A stretch of DNA of 64,000 nt, from IMG/VR virus record IMGVR_UViG_3300025913_000019. The stretch is one strand, 5' to 3'. A program made the translations under genes and the position numbers. This DNA comes from a virus (lineage: Duplodnaviria > Caudoviricetes). The first letter of the stretch is position 1. Each line of letters begins with the position of its first letter. Below the pieces are notes generated by a model that searched no databases, was not told where the DNA came from, and saw only the letters and a program-made list of their open reading frames with translations. Below are positions 28,415 through 37,730 of this stretch, piece by piece.

Positions 28415-28747
28415 TCAGCCGCCTTGTCGATCGTGACTGTTGTACCGTCCGTCCAGGTAGTTGACCGACATGACCCTGGCTCTGACCATGAGGCACTCGA
28501 GCTTCGACAGCCTGTAGAGCGTGTCGTCGCCGCAGACCAGGATCGGACCACCCGCGCACTCCCACACGATGAAGGGTTCGTGCGCATCGTGCTCGTTGGC
28601 GAGGTCGGACGAGTCGCGAACGATGGTCTTGCCACGGGTCTTGATGATGCAGCCCTTGACCATGCGGTCGCCCGGCAGGAACGACTCGTCGTCCGTGACT
28701 TCGAGAGCTTGCAGCAGCTCGACTTGATCGCTGATAGATCGGACCAT
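28415..28747 (-). CDS. Hypothetical protein
   Basis: 110 aa from ATG 28747 overlapping upstream stop. Confidence 0.55.
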   Translation of the reverse strand: MVRSISDQVELLQALEVTDDESFLPGDRMVKGCIIKTRGKTIVRDSSDLANEHDAHEPFIVWECAGGPILVCGDDTLYRLSKLECLMVRARVMSVNYLDGRYNSHDRQGG

Positions 28748-29091
28748 CACACACCCCCACCCGTGCGGGCTTCGAAGTACCACTTGATGACCGCGGTCTG
28801 GAATGCAGCCAGCGGCACGTTGATGGCCGCGATGATGAGGCCGATGTCGGTGCCGTTGCGAGCCTCGTTCACGTCGGCGTAGTGCATCGACCACTTGATG
28901 ACGCCGAAGGTGACGAACAGCGTCGCCATCGCCACGATGTGCTTCTCGACATCGCGCTTGTCGAACCAGTCCCACAGCATGGTCATGGTCGCGACGATCA
29001 TGCTCACTTCCTTGGGCGGCTGCACCGTGACTTCGGTCTTCACGGTTGTGGTCTCGGTCACGGCCGATTGTGTGGTGTTGTCTTCGCTCAT
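28747..29091 (-). CDS. Two-TM membrane protein, holin candidate
   Basis: IVAMATLFVTFGVI and IGLIIAAINVPLAAF hydrophobic helices; GAGGA SD. Confidence 0.45.
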   Translation of the reverse strand: MSEDNTTQSAVTETTTVKTEVTVQPPKEVSMIVATMTMLWDWFDKRDVEKHIVAMATLFVTFGVIKWSMHYADVNEARNGTDIGLIIAAINVPLAAFQTAVIKWYFEARTGGGV

Positions 29092-29276
29092 TTTGTCCAG
29101 TCCTCAATGATGGGTGTGCCGACCGCAGTCGACGGGGTAGGGACGGTCGTAGGCTGCCACACATTCGGGCCGCAAGCACTCGTCCAGACGTTGAGCCACC
29201 TACCTCCGTACCACCGCCTGTAGAACGGCAGGGAACCGAGATGGGAGACGAAAAACGGGAGCCGAAAGAAGTTCAT
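29088..29276 (-). CDS. Small hypothetical protein (uncertain)
   Basis: Fills gap; stop overlaps next ATG; start uncertain. Confidence 0.35.
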   Translation of the reverse strand: MNFFRLPFFVSHLGSLPFYRRWYGGRWLNVWTSACGPNVWQPTTVPTPSTAVGTPIIEDWTK

Positions 29277-29321
29277 GGTCACGCTCCTCGAAAGAAGGGT
29301 GACCATGAAAGTGACCCTTCG

Positions 29322-29612
29322 CTAGTACAGGTCCTCGCTGAAGAGTTCGGTGGAGTCCGGGTTGCCGGTCTTGTGACGGATCTGACCTTGACGAGTCGCG
29401 ATCTCGAAGGCCTGCTCACGATCGAAGAAGGTGCCGAACTGATCGATGAAGCCCTGGATGCCGTCGGCCTCCGTCTGCTTGAGCCCCATCGCCTTGTACT
29501 GCGCCATCATGACCGCGTCGTAGTGCCGCGGGCCGACGATCATGCCCTGCTCGAACAGGATCGCGGCACAGACGATACGCCGGCGTGCAGGATCGGGAAT
29601 CCAGTCGCTCAT
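29322..29612 (-). CDS. Hypothetical phage protein
   Basis: IVCAAI..GPRHYD..QGFIDQFG.F.DREQA..LFSEDLY pattern recalled from many phages. Confidence 0.7.
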   Translation of the reverse strand: MSDWIPDPARRRIVCAAILFEQGMIVGPRHYDAVMMAQYKAMGLKQTEADGIQGFIDQFGTFFDREQAFEIATRQGQIRHKTGNPDSTELFSEDLY

Positions 29613-30679
29613 ACCGCCACCAGCTCTTCAAGGCTCAGCTTGCGACCGGAGAGCTTCGGCTTGAAGCTCTCCATGTCGTTGAACAGCGATGCCGCCGACA
29701 GGTACTCGAGTGCGCCGTCTTCCTGCGGCGCCGCCTGCACCTTGTCCGAGCCGTCCACGAACTCCTCCATGTAGCTGATGTTCAGCGGAGGCAGCTTGCG
29801 GCTCGTGAGGCCGATGCCGTTCGTGGCCTTGATCTCACGGTAGTCGATGTGGTCGCAGAGGATGCCCTCGTTGAGACCCAGGATCGGGCCATGCGAGAAC
29901 AGGTACTGCGCCCACTGCTTCTCCTGGTCGGCCGCCGTGCGGTAGATCTGCAGCGCGCGCTCGCGGTTGTCGCCGATGATCTGCACGAACTCCGGATCGT
30001 CCTTCGGCAGCGCTTTCAGGATGTGCATGACCAGCGACAGGTGGATGTTCTCGTCACGAGCGATCAGCTTCACGACGTCACCCGAACCCGAACACAGCAG
30101 GCGCTTCTTGAAGTTGAAGACCGTGGCGAAGAAGTTGAAGAAGCGTAGGGCCTCCAGCGCGTTGGCCTCGCACAGCGCGAGATACAGGTTCTCCTTCGTC
30201 GGGTTCGTCTTCATCCGATCGTAGGCATCGGAGATCGCGGCCGCGCAGTCCGTGATGGCGGTGATGCCAGGGATCGCATCCACCACGGCAGTGCCGCCGT
30301 CAGGGTACACGGCTTGCAGGATGTGCGTGTAGCTCTCGCTGTGGATGGTCTCGAACTGCTGCCAGGTCGTGATGCAGTTGCTCAGGCTCGGGTCCGTGCA
30401 GCTGGGGCCGAAGACCAGAGTCGGCTCCTCGCCTTGCTTCGTATCCAGCATGATCGCACGCTGGAGGCCCGACGTGAAGATGAACTGCTCGGCGTCGGTC
30501 ATCGAGTTGTAGGACCGTCGCTCCCCGGACATGGTCACCGTCTCGGGCTCCCAGTTGAAGCTGCGCATCAACTTGTTGAGCTTGTCGAAGATCGGGTAGC
30601 GCGGCTTGTCGTAGCGCGCGATGGGCTTGCCTTCCGGCGCGAAGAAGAGCTGGCTCGGGTTGGAGTAAAGGGGTCGCAT
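29609..30679 (-). CDS. nrdB: Ribonucleotide reductase class Ia beta subunit
   Basis: Di-iron ligands MLD, FETIH, LEA, RDENIH; radical Tyr in HSESY. Confidence 0.92.
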   Translation of the reverse strand: MRPLYSNPSQLFFAPEGKPIARYDKPRYPIFDKLNKLMRSFNWEPETVTMSGERRSYNSMTDAEQFIFTSGLQRAIMLDTKQGEEPTLVFGPSCTDPSLSNCITTWQQFETIHSESYTHILQAVYPDGGTAVVDAIPGITAITDCAAAISDAYDRMKTNPTKENLYLALCEANALEALRFFNFFATVFNFKKRLLCSGSGDVVKLIARDENIHLSLVMHILKALPKDDPEFVQIIGDNRERALQIYRTAADQEKQWAQYLFSHGPILGLNEGILCDHIDYREIKATNGIGLTSRKLPPLNISYMEEFVDGSDKVQAAPQEDGALEYLSAASLFNDMESFKPKLSGRKLSLEELVAV

Positions 30680-30688
30680 CTTTGTTCC

Positions 30689-33055
30689 TCAAATCTTGCA
30701 GGCGCCGGACTCGCAGCCGTCGTCTTCGGTTTCCTCGACGCCGAGCTTCGGCGGCTTGCGCACGTTCGAGTAGTACGCAGTCTTGTAGCCGAGGTCGTAC
30801 ATGAGCGTGAAGATGGAAGCGAACGTGGACAGCAGGACCTTGCCCGTCTTCGGATCGCGCGCCATCTTCATCGGGTCGAAGCTGTTGTTGATCGAGATGG
30901 CCTGATCGTAGTAGTGCTGCTGCGGAGCCAGCGTCTTCAGGTACGCCACAGGATCGACTTCCCACTGGGTTTCGTACAGGTGGTTGTACTTCGCGAACTC
31001 CGGCACCACCTGCGGCAGCGATCCGTCCTTCGAGTCCTTGACCGTGACCAGGCTCTTCGGCGGTTCGTCGCCGTTGGTCTCGTTCGCCAGCTGGCTGCTG
31101 GTCTCGCTGGGCATGCCAGCCATGAGGGTTGCGTTGCGCGTACCGCCAGCGGCCTTCATGCGCTTACGCAGCGCTTCCCAGTCGAGAGTCTTGGGCAGCA
31201 CCAGCTTCGAGTCCTCCCACGGGAACCAGCCATCGCTGTACTTCGTGCGCTTCTTGCACGGGCCCAGCTCTTCGGCCAGCTCGACCGATGCTTCGATCAG
31301 GTAGTAGCTGATGTGCTCGTACAGCTCGTTGACCATGGCGATGGTCTTGGCCTCGCCCCAGCGGAGACCGTGACGCACCATCCAGTGCGCGAAGCCGATG
31401 ACGCCGATACCGAGCGGTCGGTACTCCTCGACCGACAGACGCGCTTCTTCTAGCGGATAATCCTGGTAGCTGAGCAGCGAGTCCTTGGTGCGGACCGCGA
31501 TACGGCAGACGCGACGCAGCTCGTCCTTGCCGGCCTGCGTGCTGAGGTCGACCTTGCCCAGGTTGATGGCGCCCAGGGTGCAGAGGGCGATGCGACCGAC
31601 GCTGTGGTCTTCGGCGCTGACCGGCGTCGTCGCCAGACAGATTTCGACGCACAGATTGGTGCTCGTCACCGCTTCCAGGAACGGCGTCTGCGTGTTGACC
31701 GTGTCGGCGAACATGCAGTAGACACGGCCGGTCTCGAAGCGCTCGAGTAGGAACTTCTGCGCCATCTCGGCGGCAGGGATCTGGCGCTTCGTGATCTTCG
31801 GGTCGGCCTCGTACTTCTCGTACAGAGCCTTGAACTTCTTGAGGTCCGGGCTGTAGAAGGCTTCATAGAGGCCGGGGACTTCCTCCGGGCTGAAGAGCGT
31901 GACGTGCTTGTCCTGCGACCAGCGCTCGAAGAACAGGCCGTTGAAGGCCGGCACGTAGTCCAGGGTCCGGACGCGCGTCTCGTCGGTGCCCTTCTCGTTC
32001 TTGAGCTCGATGAGGGACTCCCACTCGAGGTGCCAGAACATGTAGTTGTAGGTGGCACTCGCGCCGCGGACGCCGCCCTGGGCGCTGGACTTCAGGTCGC
32101 CGTTGAACTTCTTGATGAACGGGATCTGGCCGGTGCTGATGGCTTCGCCGCCGCGGATCGGCTGGTTGACAGCACGGATGCGGCCGCCGTCGATGCCGAT
32201 GCCGGCCTTCTTCGATGCGTAGCGCAGGATGGCCTGGCCAGCGCGCTCGATCGAATCGAGGCTGTCGCCAGCGCTGATGACGACACAGCTGGAGAACTGC
32301 TTGACGAGGGTGCGGACGCCAGCCATGACCGGAGTCGGCTCCGACAGGCTGTGCGTCGAGATCGCGTCGTAGTAGTCCTTGATAGACTTCATCCGCGTCT
32401 CGCGCGGCTCGTTGCTGCACAGCGTGGCCGCGACCATGATGTACGGGAACTGGAACGACTCGGTGGGCTTCCGGGTCTTGCGGTTCTGACACAGGTACTT
32501 GAGTCGCATCTGCTCGGCGCCTGCGTAGCGGAACAGGTCGTCACGCGTGTGATCGATCATGCGGTTCAGCTGGTCGATCTCGTCTTCGTCGTACAGCTCG
32601 TAGATCGCCGGATCGTAGAACTTCATCTTCACGTTCTTGGCGATGACGTAGCTGAGGTGCGGCGGATGGTTCTGCCCGAACGCTTCCTTCCGGACCTTGA
32701 ACCAGACCAGGCGTGCTGCCACCTGGTCGTAGTTCGGCGTGTCCTCGGAGATGAGGTCGCGCGCCGACGCGATCAGCGTGTCATGGATCTGGCTGGTCTT
32801 CATCTTGTCGAAGAACTGCAGCTCTGCATTGGCCTCGATGTCGGCGACCGAGACCCCACGGATCGGGCCCATGTTCTCGTCGCCGTTGACTGCCCACTCG
32901 AGCACCGCGTGGATCTTGTCGATGTCGCGCTCTTGCAGCGATCCGTCACGCTTGGTGACACGAGCCTTCGACTGGATCTTCGGGGCCGGCACCGCGTTGC
33001 CTGCGTCAGCGATTGCAACTGCGGCGGTGTTGTCAGTTTTGTCCATGTGTTCCAT
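30689..33055 (-). CDS. nrdA: Ribonucleotide reductase class Ia alpha subunit with ATP cone
   Basis: VTKRDG cone, PTPVMAG, QFSSC, TNLCVEI, ALCTLGAIN, KTAYY, C-terminal CESGACKI. Confidence 0.95.
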   Translation of the reverse strand: MEHMDKTDNTAAVAIADAGNAVPAPKIQSKARVTKRDGSLQERDIDKIHAVLEWAVNGDENMGPIRGVSVADIEANAELQFFDKMKTSQIHDTLIASARDLISEDTPNYDQVAARLVWFKVRKEAFGQNHPPHLSYVIAKNVKMKFYDPAIYELYDEDEIDQLNRMIDHTRDDLFRYAGAEQMRLKYLCQNRKTRKPTESFQFPYIMVAATLCSNEPRETRMKSIKDYYDAISTHSLSEPTPVMAGVRTLVKQFSSCVVISAGDSLDSIERAGQAILRYASKKAGIGIDGGRIRAVNQPIRGGEAISTGQIPFIKKFNGDLKSSAQGGVRGASATYNYMFWHLEWESLIELKNEKGTDETRVRTLDYVPAFNGLFFERWSQDKHVTLFSPEEVPGLYEAFYSPDLKKFKALYEKYEADPKITKRQIPAAEMAQKFLLERFETGRVYCMFADTVNTQTPFLEAVTSTNLCVEICLATTPVSAEDHSVGRIALCTLGAINLGKVDLSTQAGKDELRRVCRIAVRTKDSLLSYQDYPLEEARLSVEEYRPLGIGVIGFAHWMVRHGLRWGEAKTIAMVNELYEHISYYLIEASVELAEELGPCKKRTKYSDGWFPWEDSKLVLPKTLDWEALRKRMKAAGGTRNATLMAGMPSETSSQLANETNGDEPPKSLVTVKDSKDGSLPQVVPEFAKYNHLYETQWEVDPVAYLKTLAPQQHYYDQAISINNSFDPMKMARDPKTGKVLLSTFASIFTLMYDLGYKTAYYSNVRKPPKLGVEETEDDGCESGACKI

Positions 33056-33080
33056 TCCAGTAGTTGATCGGATTCGGTGC

Positions 33081-34214
33081 TCAGCAGGCGCGGTCGTGGA
33101 TCAGGTAGTCGCGCCAGATGTCGGCGCTCTTGCGCACGTACTGGATGAGGGTACGCTTCTGGCGCTGCTGGACCGAGTCGTTGCCGCTCTTGATCCAGGT
33201 GTGATGCATCACGTTCGCGATCTCGGTCACGTTGTTCGGGTCGGCCTGGTAGGCATCGTCGAGCCACGGGATGTTGGCGCCGACGACCGGCACGTCGCAG
33301 ACCACGGAGTCGGCGAGCACGATATTGAAGGTCTCCGAGTTCGACACCTGGGAGACGATGTCCATCTCGGTCAGCAGCTTCATGAAGTCGTGATGGTCCA
33401 TCCACGGGACCTCGACCAGCTCGTGCGGCTTCATGCGCTCGAACAGGGACTTCAGGCTCCGCAGCAGCGCGTCGCCCTTGTTCTCGATGCGGCTCGCGTT
33501 GATGTAGAACTTGAGCTTGAGGCCCAGCCGCGATGCGACCTTGAGGGCTGCCAGCGCCTGGTTCATGTTGTTCTTCAGCGGACGGATGGCGCCGAAGCAA
33601 CCGACGTGGAACTCGCCGTGGTGCTTGACCTTCTGGTGACGGATGACCAGGAGCTGCAGCCACTCGCGCGGCAGCGACAGGTGCGTGTTGAAGTCGTAGT
33701 AGTTCGGCAGGTAGACGATGCGACCGGGCCGCTCGACATCCGAGTCGCGCACGAGTTCGCGGATCTCGCGCGCCGCGTCGGGGCTGTTGAAGCCGACGGT
33801 GATGCCGCGCTCCAGGTAGTCCAGCGCCCAGCCGAACACCGTGCCCTCGTGAGCCAGGAACTCGGTGTTCGAGTGACAGCGGACCATCCACTCGATCTCG
33901 GGATTCATGGCCGCCAGCACCTTGAACTTGTCGGGCACGACCCAAAAGCCTTCGATGATGACATGGGTCGGCGCGTAGGACACGACCTCCTGGTGGATGA
34001 AGTTGTTGTCCTGGACCTGGACGAGCTTGGCCTCGATGCCCATGTCTTCCAGAGCCTTGACCATCTGCTTGACGCTGACGCTCATGCCCGAAGGGAGCAG
34101 GCCGCCGTTGGCACTGTAGCCCCAAGTGCCGTAGCCACCGCTGGGCCTGGCCTTGAGGACGAAGAGGACACGAGGACAATGGTGGTGGTGATGTGGTGCG
34201 TGACCGAAGTTCAT
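33081..34214 (-). CDS. GT-B (GT4-like) glycosyltransferase
   Basis: VYLPNY, VGCFGAIRPLKN, DIVSQVSNSETFNIVLADSVVCDVPVVG (E-x7-D variant of E-x7-E). Confidence 0.6.
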   Translation of the reverse strand: MNFGHAPHHHHHCPRVLFVLKARPSGGYGTWGYSANGGLLPSGMSVSVKQMVKALEDMGIEAKLVQVQDNNFIHQEVVSYAPTHVIIEGFWVVPDKFKVLAAMNPEIEWMVRCHSNTEFLAHEGTVFGWALDYLERGITVGFNSPDAAREIRELVRDSDVERPGRIVYLPNYYDFNTHLSLPREWLQLLVIRHQKVKHHGEFHVGCFGAIRPLKNNMNQALAALKVASRLGLKLKFYINASRIENKGDALLRSLKSLFERMKPHELVEVPWMDHHDFMKLLTEMDIVSQVSNSETFNIVLADSVVCDVPVVGANIPWLDDAYQADPNNVTEIANVMHHTWIKSGNDSVQQRQKRTLIQYVRKSADIWRDYLIHDRAC

Positions 34215-34264
34215 GAACTTTCCTTTGGAGTCGCCAAAGGGTCCGCTTGGGACCCGTTGACCTC

Positions 34265-34271
34265 TATTTAC
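34265..34271 (-). promoter_or_regulatory. Candidate middle promoter GTAAATA
   Basis: Intergenic, upstream of glycosyltransferase-nrdA-nrdB. Confidence 0.6.
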
Positions 34272-34279
34272 CGTTTGAA

Positions 34280-35764
34280 TCAGAAGTACGGGAGCCCACG
34301 GTATGCTCCGTAGGCACCGCCGTACAGGCTCGCGGGACTGATGGTGATGCCCACCGCTCCCATGGCGCCACGCTGCAGGGCGCCGAAGTTGCCGTCTCCA
34401 TTGGGGCCCGATCCATCCCCGTTTTGGTTCCCCTTGATGATGAGGTTCTGCTTGAACGGCTTGAGCTCGTTGTCCAGTGCCGACTGGATCTTCGAGGCCA
34501 TGTTGTCGAGGTACTGCGTGCGATCCACATCGAGACTGATGTTGGCGCCGCTGAAGTTGAATGCCTTCTCACCCTCCAGGAGATACTGCGCTTCGAGCGC
34601 GTACTTCTCTGCGCACAGCAGCCAGTACTCGCGCACCGGCCCCATGGCGTTCGTCATCGTCAGGCTGGAGAAGACGCCCGCGTAGCCGTTGAAGAAGTCC
34701 ATGCCGCGGCGCAGCCACTTCATGATCTCGGTCGACGGGAACAGGGAGTCCGGCGTGCCATACAGCGTCGTGCGTGCCTTGTTGATCTTCGCCTTCACAT
34801 CCTCGATGGCTTGGATCATCGAGTCGGTGACGATCCACAGCTCGGTGGCCTGACGGAAGGTCTGCGCCGGCACGTTCCAGAACTTCCAGTTGATCTGATA
34901 CGGCACGCAGCTGGGCGGGAGACTCGTCGTGTCGATGGTGGCGCTCACGCAGTAGCCGCCCGCGATCTTCTCCGGGTTGAGGACCGGCATCGAAGCCAGC
35001 ACCTGACCGCCTTGACGCAGCTCCACCACGTAGTTCTGGTACAGGTCCTTGGTCGCGAACAGGACGGTCGCGGGATCACCCTGCATCTCGATCGAAGGCT
35101 GGCAACCCAGCTGCACATCGATCAGACCTTCGACCGTGATGGCTTCGAACTGGTAGATGTTCTGCTCGCCGACTCGCAGCGTATAGCGCAGCTGGTAAGG
35201 CTTGCCGACCGACGGCGGGATCGACGACGGCACGTTGATGACCGAGCGAGCGATCACCGTGTTGGCAACGCCCGTAGCCATGATGCGCATGTCGAAGGCA
35301 TTGCCCGAGGCGTAGACGGTGCCCGTCTCGTCCAGGATGTCCCACAGCACGTAACCACCGCTGGGATCGAACGTGTTGGGGAACGGGATGGCAGCGACCG
35401 CGACCGCGCTCTTGCCCGCCTGGATCGAACCCACGAGGTCCTGGTACGAGTCGGGGTCTGCGTTCGGGTACGGATCGAACGAATCGGAGATGACGTTGAG
35501 CGCCACCGTGAGCACGAACGTGCGCAGGTTGGTCACGAACGTCAGCGGCCAGCCGTAGCTCACGCCAGTCGAGCCACCGGTGGCCGTGAATGCGACAGGC
35601 AGCGCGGTGCCGCTGGTCACGGTCAGGGTCGGCGCACCCGTGTCCGCAGGCGTGACGGCACCGACCGAGATCGATGTCACGGTCTCACCTGCTTGCAGCG
35701 CCGGCGTGAACTGGTTCGAGATGTCGGACCCGTCCTTGGTGAAGACGTAGAGCTTTTGCATCAT
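34280..35764 (-). CDS. Virion protein, possibly neck/head-tail adaptor
   Basis: 494 aa; beta-rich N-terminal domains, helical C-terminal domain; product inferred. Confidence 0.4.
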   Translation of the reverse strand: MMQKLYVFTKDGSDISNQFTPALQAGETVTSISVGAVTPADTGAPTLTVTSGTALPVAFTATGGSTGVSYGWPLTFVTNLRTFVLTVALNVISDSFDPYPNADPDSYQDLVGSIQAGKSAVAVAAIPFPNTFDPSGGYVLWDILDETGTVYASGNAFDMRIMATGVANTVIARSVINVPSSIPPSVGKPYQLRYTLRVGEQNIYQFEAITVEGLIDVQLGCQPSIEMQGDPATVLFATKDLYQNYVVELRQGGQVLASMPVLNPEKIAGGYCVSATIDTTSLPPSCVPYQINWKFWNVPAQTFRQATELWIVTDSMIQAIEDVKAKINKARTTLYGTPDSLFPSTEIMKWLRRGMDFFNGYAGVFSSLTMTNAMGPVREYWLLCAEKYALEAQYLLEGEKAFNFSGANISLDVDRTQYLDNMASKIQSALDNELKPFKQNLIIKGNQNGDGSGPNGDGNFGALQRGAMGAVGITISPASLYGGAYGAYRGLPYF

Positions 35765-36771
35765 CAGCCTTTGGGTACGTGATAGAGACGGGGAAGCCCC
35801 TGCTCATTGAACTTGGCGAGCGACGGCCACGTGATCTGCACGGGAGCGCCCGTGTAGTGGAGCCGGAACTTGAACGCGTAGGTCTTGCCCGCCTTGTCGA
35901 GTTCGCCCTTGATGGCACGACCGTTCTTTTCCAGGATCGCAGGGCCCGGGACGAAGCCGTCCATCTTGTGCAACGACTTGAAGTACGAGGCGTCGACACG
36001 CGGACCATACTGATCCGTGTTCTTCTCTTCCTCCTGTGTGCGCTGCAGGCCGGTCTTGTACTCGTAGTCGTCGGTGGGATCGAAGCGTCGGGGGTCGAGG
36101 CCAACGTGCACCATCCAACGCTGCCAATCCGGCCCGTGGCCCTGCGCTGTGCGGTCGTGTACGTGATCCACCGTCCACACCGCCTGGTGGCACATTTCGT
36201 GGAGAAAAACCTCCAGAAAGAAGGGCAAACGGGCGTTCCACATGATCGTATTGAACCAGAGGAATTTGGTCCGAAAACCGGCTTCTCCGACGTGCAAACC
36301 GCGTGTCGATGGGCGACTGCCGATGCCCGGAACCTTTGCGTCCGAGACCAATTTCGGCAGCTTCATGCGGCCCTGGAACTTGTGCTCGTTGTAGTACTCC
36401 CACAGCGCCTTCATGAAGGCTTGCCGCTTGGAATCCGAGACCTGCGCCTTCTGGTACATGGCCTCGAGTTCCGGGGTCACACCGCTCGACTTGGACAGGT
36501 GGGTGTCAGTCGCCTTCTTCTCGGTGCGCTTGCCGGCGTCGATGAAACGCACGACGTTGTTGCTGGGGCTGACGCCGAGCTTGCCCACATCCGGGATGTC
36601 GTAGACGGCGACCGTACCCTTGGCCGCCATCGTCGGCTTGACCGAGATGACCTTCGGGTTGAAGAAGCGGAACTTGAAGGTGTAGGTCGCTGCTTCCTCG
36701 TCAGCCTTGATGAGGCTCAGCTCCGTGAAGCTGAGCCGCGTCAGCAGCGACTTGACTTCGGTGATGTTCAT
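35764..36771 (-). CDS. SprT-like zinc metalloprotease domain protein
   Basis: FLHEMCH (HExxH) followed by HGPDWQRWM; ATG 36771 overlaps upstream TGA. Confidence 0.8.
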   Translation of the reverse strand: MNITEVKSLLTRLSFTELSLIKADEEAATYTFKFRFFNPKVISVKPTMAAKGTVAVYDIPDVGKLGVSPSNNVVRFIDAGKRTEKKATDTHLSKSSGVTPELEAMYQKAQVSDSKRQAFMKALWEYYNEHKFQGRMKLPKLVSDAKVPGIGSRPSTRGLHVGEAGFRTKFLWFNTIMWNARLPFFLEVFLHEMCHQAVWTVDHVHDRTAQGHGPDWQRWMVHVGLDPRRFDPTDDYEYKTGLQRTQEEEKNTDQYGPRVDASYFKSLHKMDGFVPGPAILEKNGRAIKGELDKAGKTYAFKFRLHYTGAPVQITWPSLAKFNEQGLPRLYHVPKG

Positions 36772-37730
36772 TCCTGGGCTCCGTTCTTGCGAGTCCACTC
36801 CGACATCGCGTGCTCGAGCCTCGGGTGCATGGGCTCGGGCAGCTCGTCAGCGCCGCACCACTTGTAGTCTGTGTGCTCTTCGTTGAGCGTGGGCTCGAAC
36901 TCGTCGGGCACGACAGCCATATGGTTGTGGAAGATGAAGTTGGGCTGGACGTCGCGATGCATGAACAGCAGTTCGATGGGCTCATCGTAGCCGCACTCTT
37001 CCGAGAGCTCGCGCTTCGTGCCCTGATCGATGGTCTCGCCATCCTCGATGCCGCCGCCGGGAACACACCAGGTGCCAGGGCAGTCGCCAGTCTCCGAACG
37101 CTTGATGAACAGGAAGCGACCCGTGGCCTGGCTGTAGAGCAGGACGCCGCCGCCGAAGCCGGTCTCGCGGCCAGCCTGCGTCCGTCGCTTGTAGGCGTCG
37201 AGCAGCACCTGCTGCGAGATCGCGGCCTTGACGACCTTGGCACCCGCAGCTTTGAGGCTCGCGAGCTTGGCTTCTGCGCGTTCGATTGCCTGCTCGGTCG
37301 ACAAGGCCATGACGTCGAAGCTGACGATGTTCATCGTGCCGTCTTCTTCGTTGTAGCTGTCTGCGAGCTGAACGGTGAACTCGCGCTCGGTATCAGCGGT
37401 CAGCTTGCGCACCAGCTCTTCACCGACCGGGCGATCCATCGAGCCGATGTCCACGGACTCGGGATCGAAGTTGTGCCGACGCTCCGGCATCCGATCCAGC
37501 TTGTCGACCGCGACCGCGAGCTCGTGATCGGCGCTCATGCCATCGTGACGCGGGACCACGCGGTCGAGGTCTTCATCGGAGGCAGCGAGCTCGCGACCGC
37601 GGGCTTCCGACCAGGCAAGACCCGAGTACGGCAGGCCGTTGCGGCGTTCGTGCAGCCGCTGCAGAGCCATATCGATGTCGATCTTGGCCGCGAGCCTTGT
37701 CGCGGCGCGAAGTTCTTTGGGTTTGGTCAT
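36768..37730 (-). CDS. NUDIX hydrolase with variant signal (ELRAATRLAA)
   Basis: PGGGIEDGETIDQGTKRELSEECG Nudix box; LNEEHTDYKW. Confidence 0.85.
   Translation of the reverse strand: MTKPKELRAATRLAAKIDIDMALQRLHERRNGLPYSGLAWSEARGRELAASDEDLDRVVPRHDGMSADHELAVAVDKLDRMPERRHNFDPESVDIGSMDRPVGEELVRKLTADTEREFTVQLADSYNEEDGTMNIVSFDVMALSTEQAIERAEAKLASLKAAGAKVVKAAISQQVLLDAYKRRTQAGRETGFGGGVLLYSQATGRFLFIKRSETGDCPGTWCVPGGGIEDGETIDQGTKRELSEECGYDEPIELLFMHRDVQPNFIFHNHMAVVPDEFEPTLNEEHTDYKWCGADELPEPMHPRLEHAMSEWTRKNGAQE

Noticed and set aside
29272-29309. Inverted repeat TTCATGGTCAC/GTGACCATGAA as a terminator
   Set aside because: 16-nt loop and no adjacent U tract; it covers a possible start codon, so its role is unclear.
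29609-30679. NrdB as a metal-free or Mn/Fe variant
   Set aside because: All six di-iron ligands and the radical Tyr are present; ordinary class Ia.
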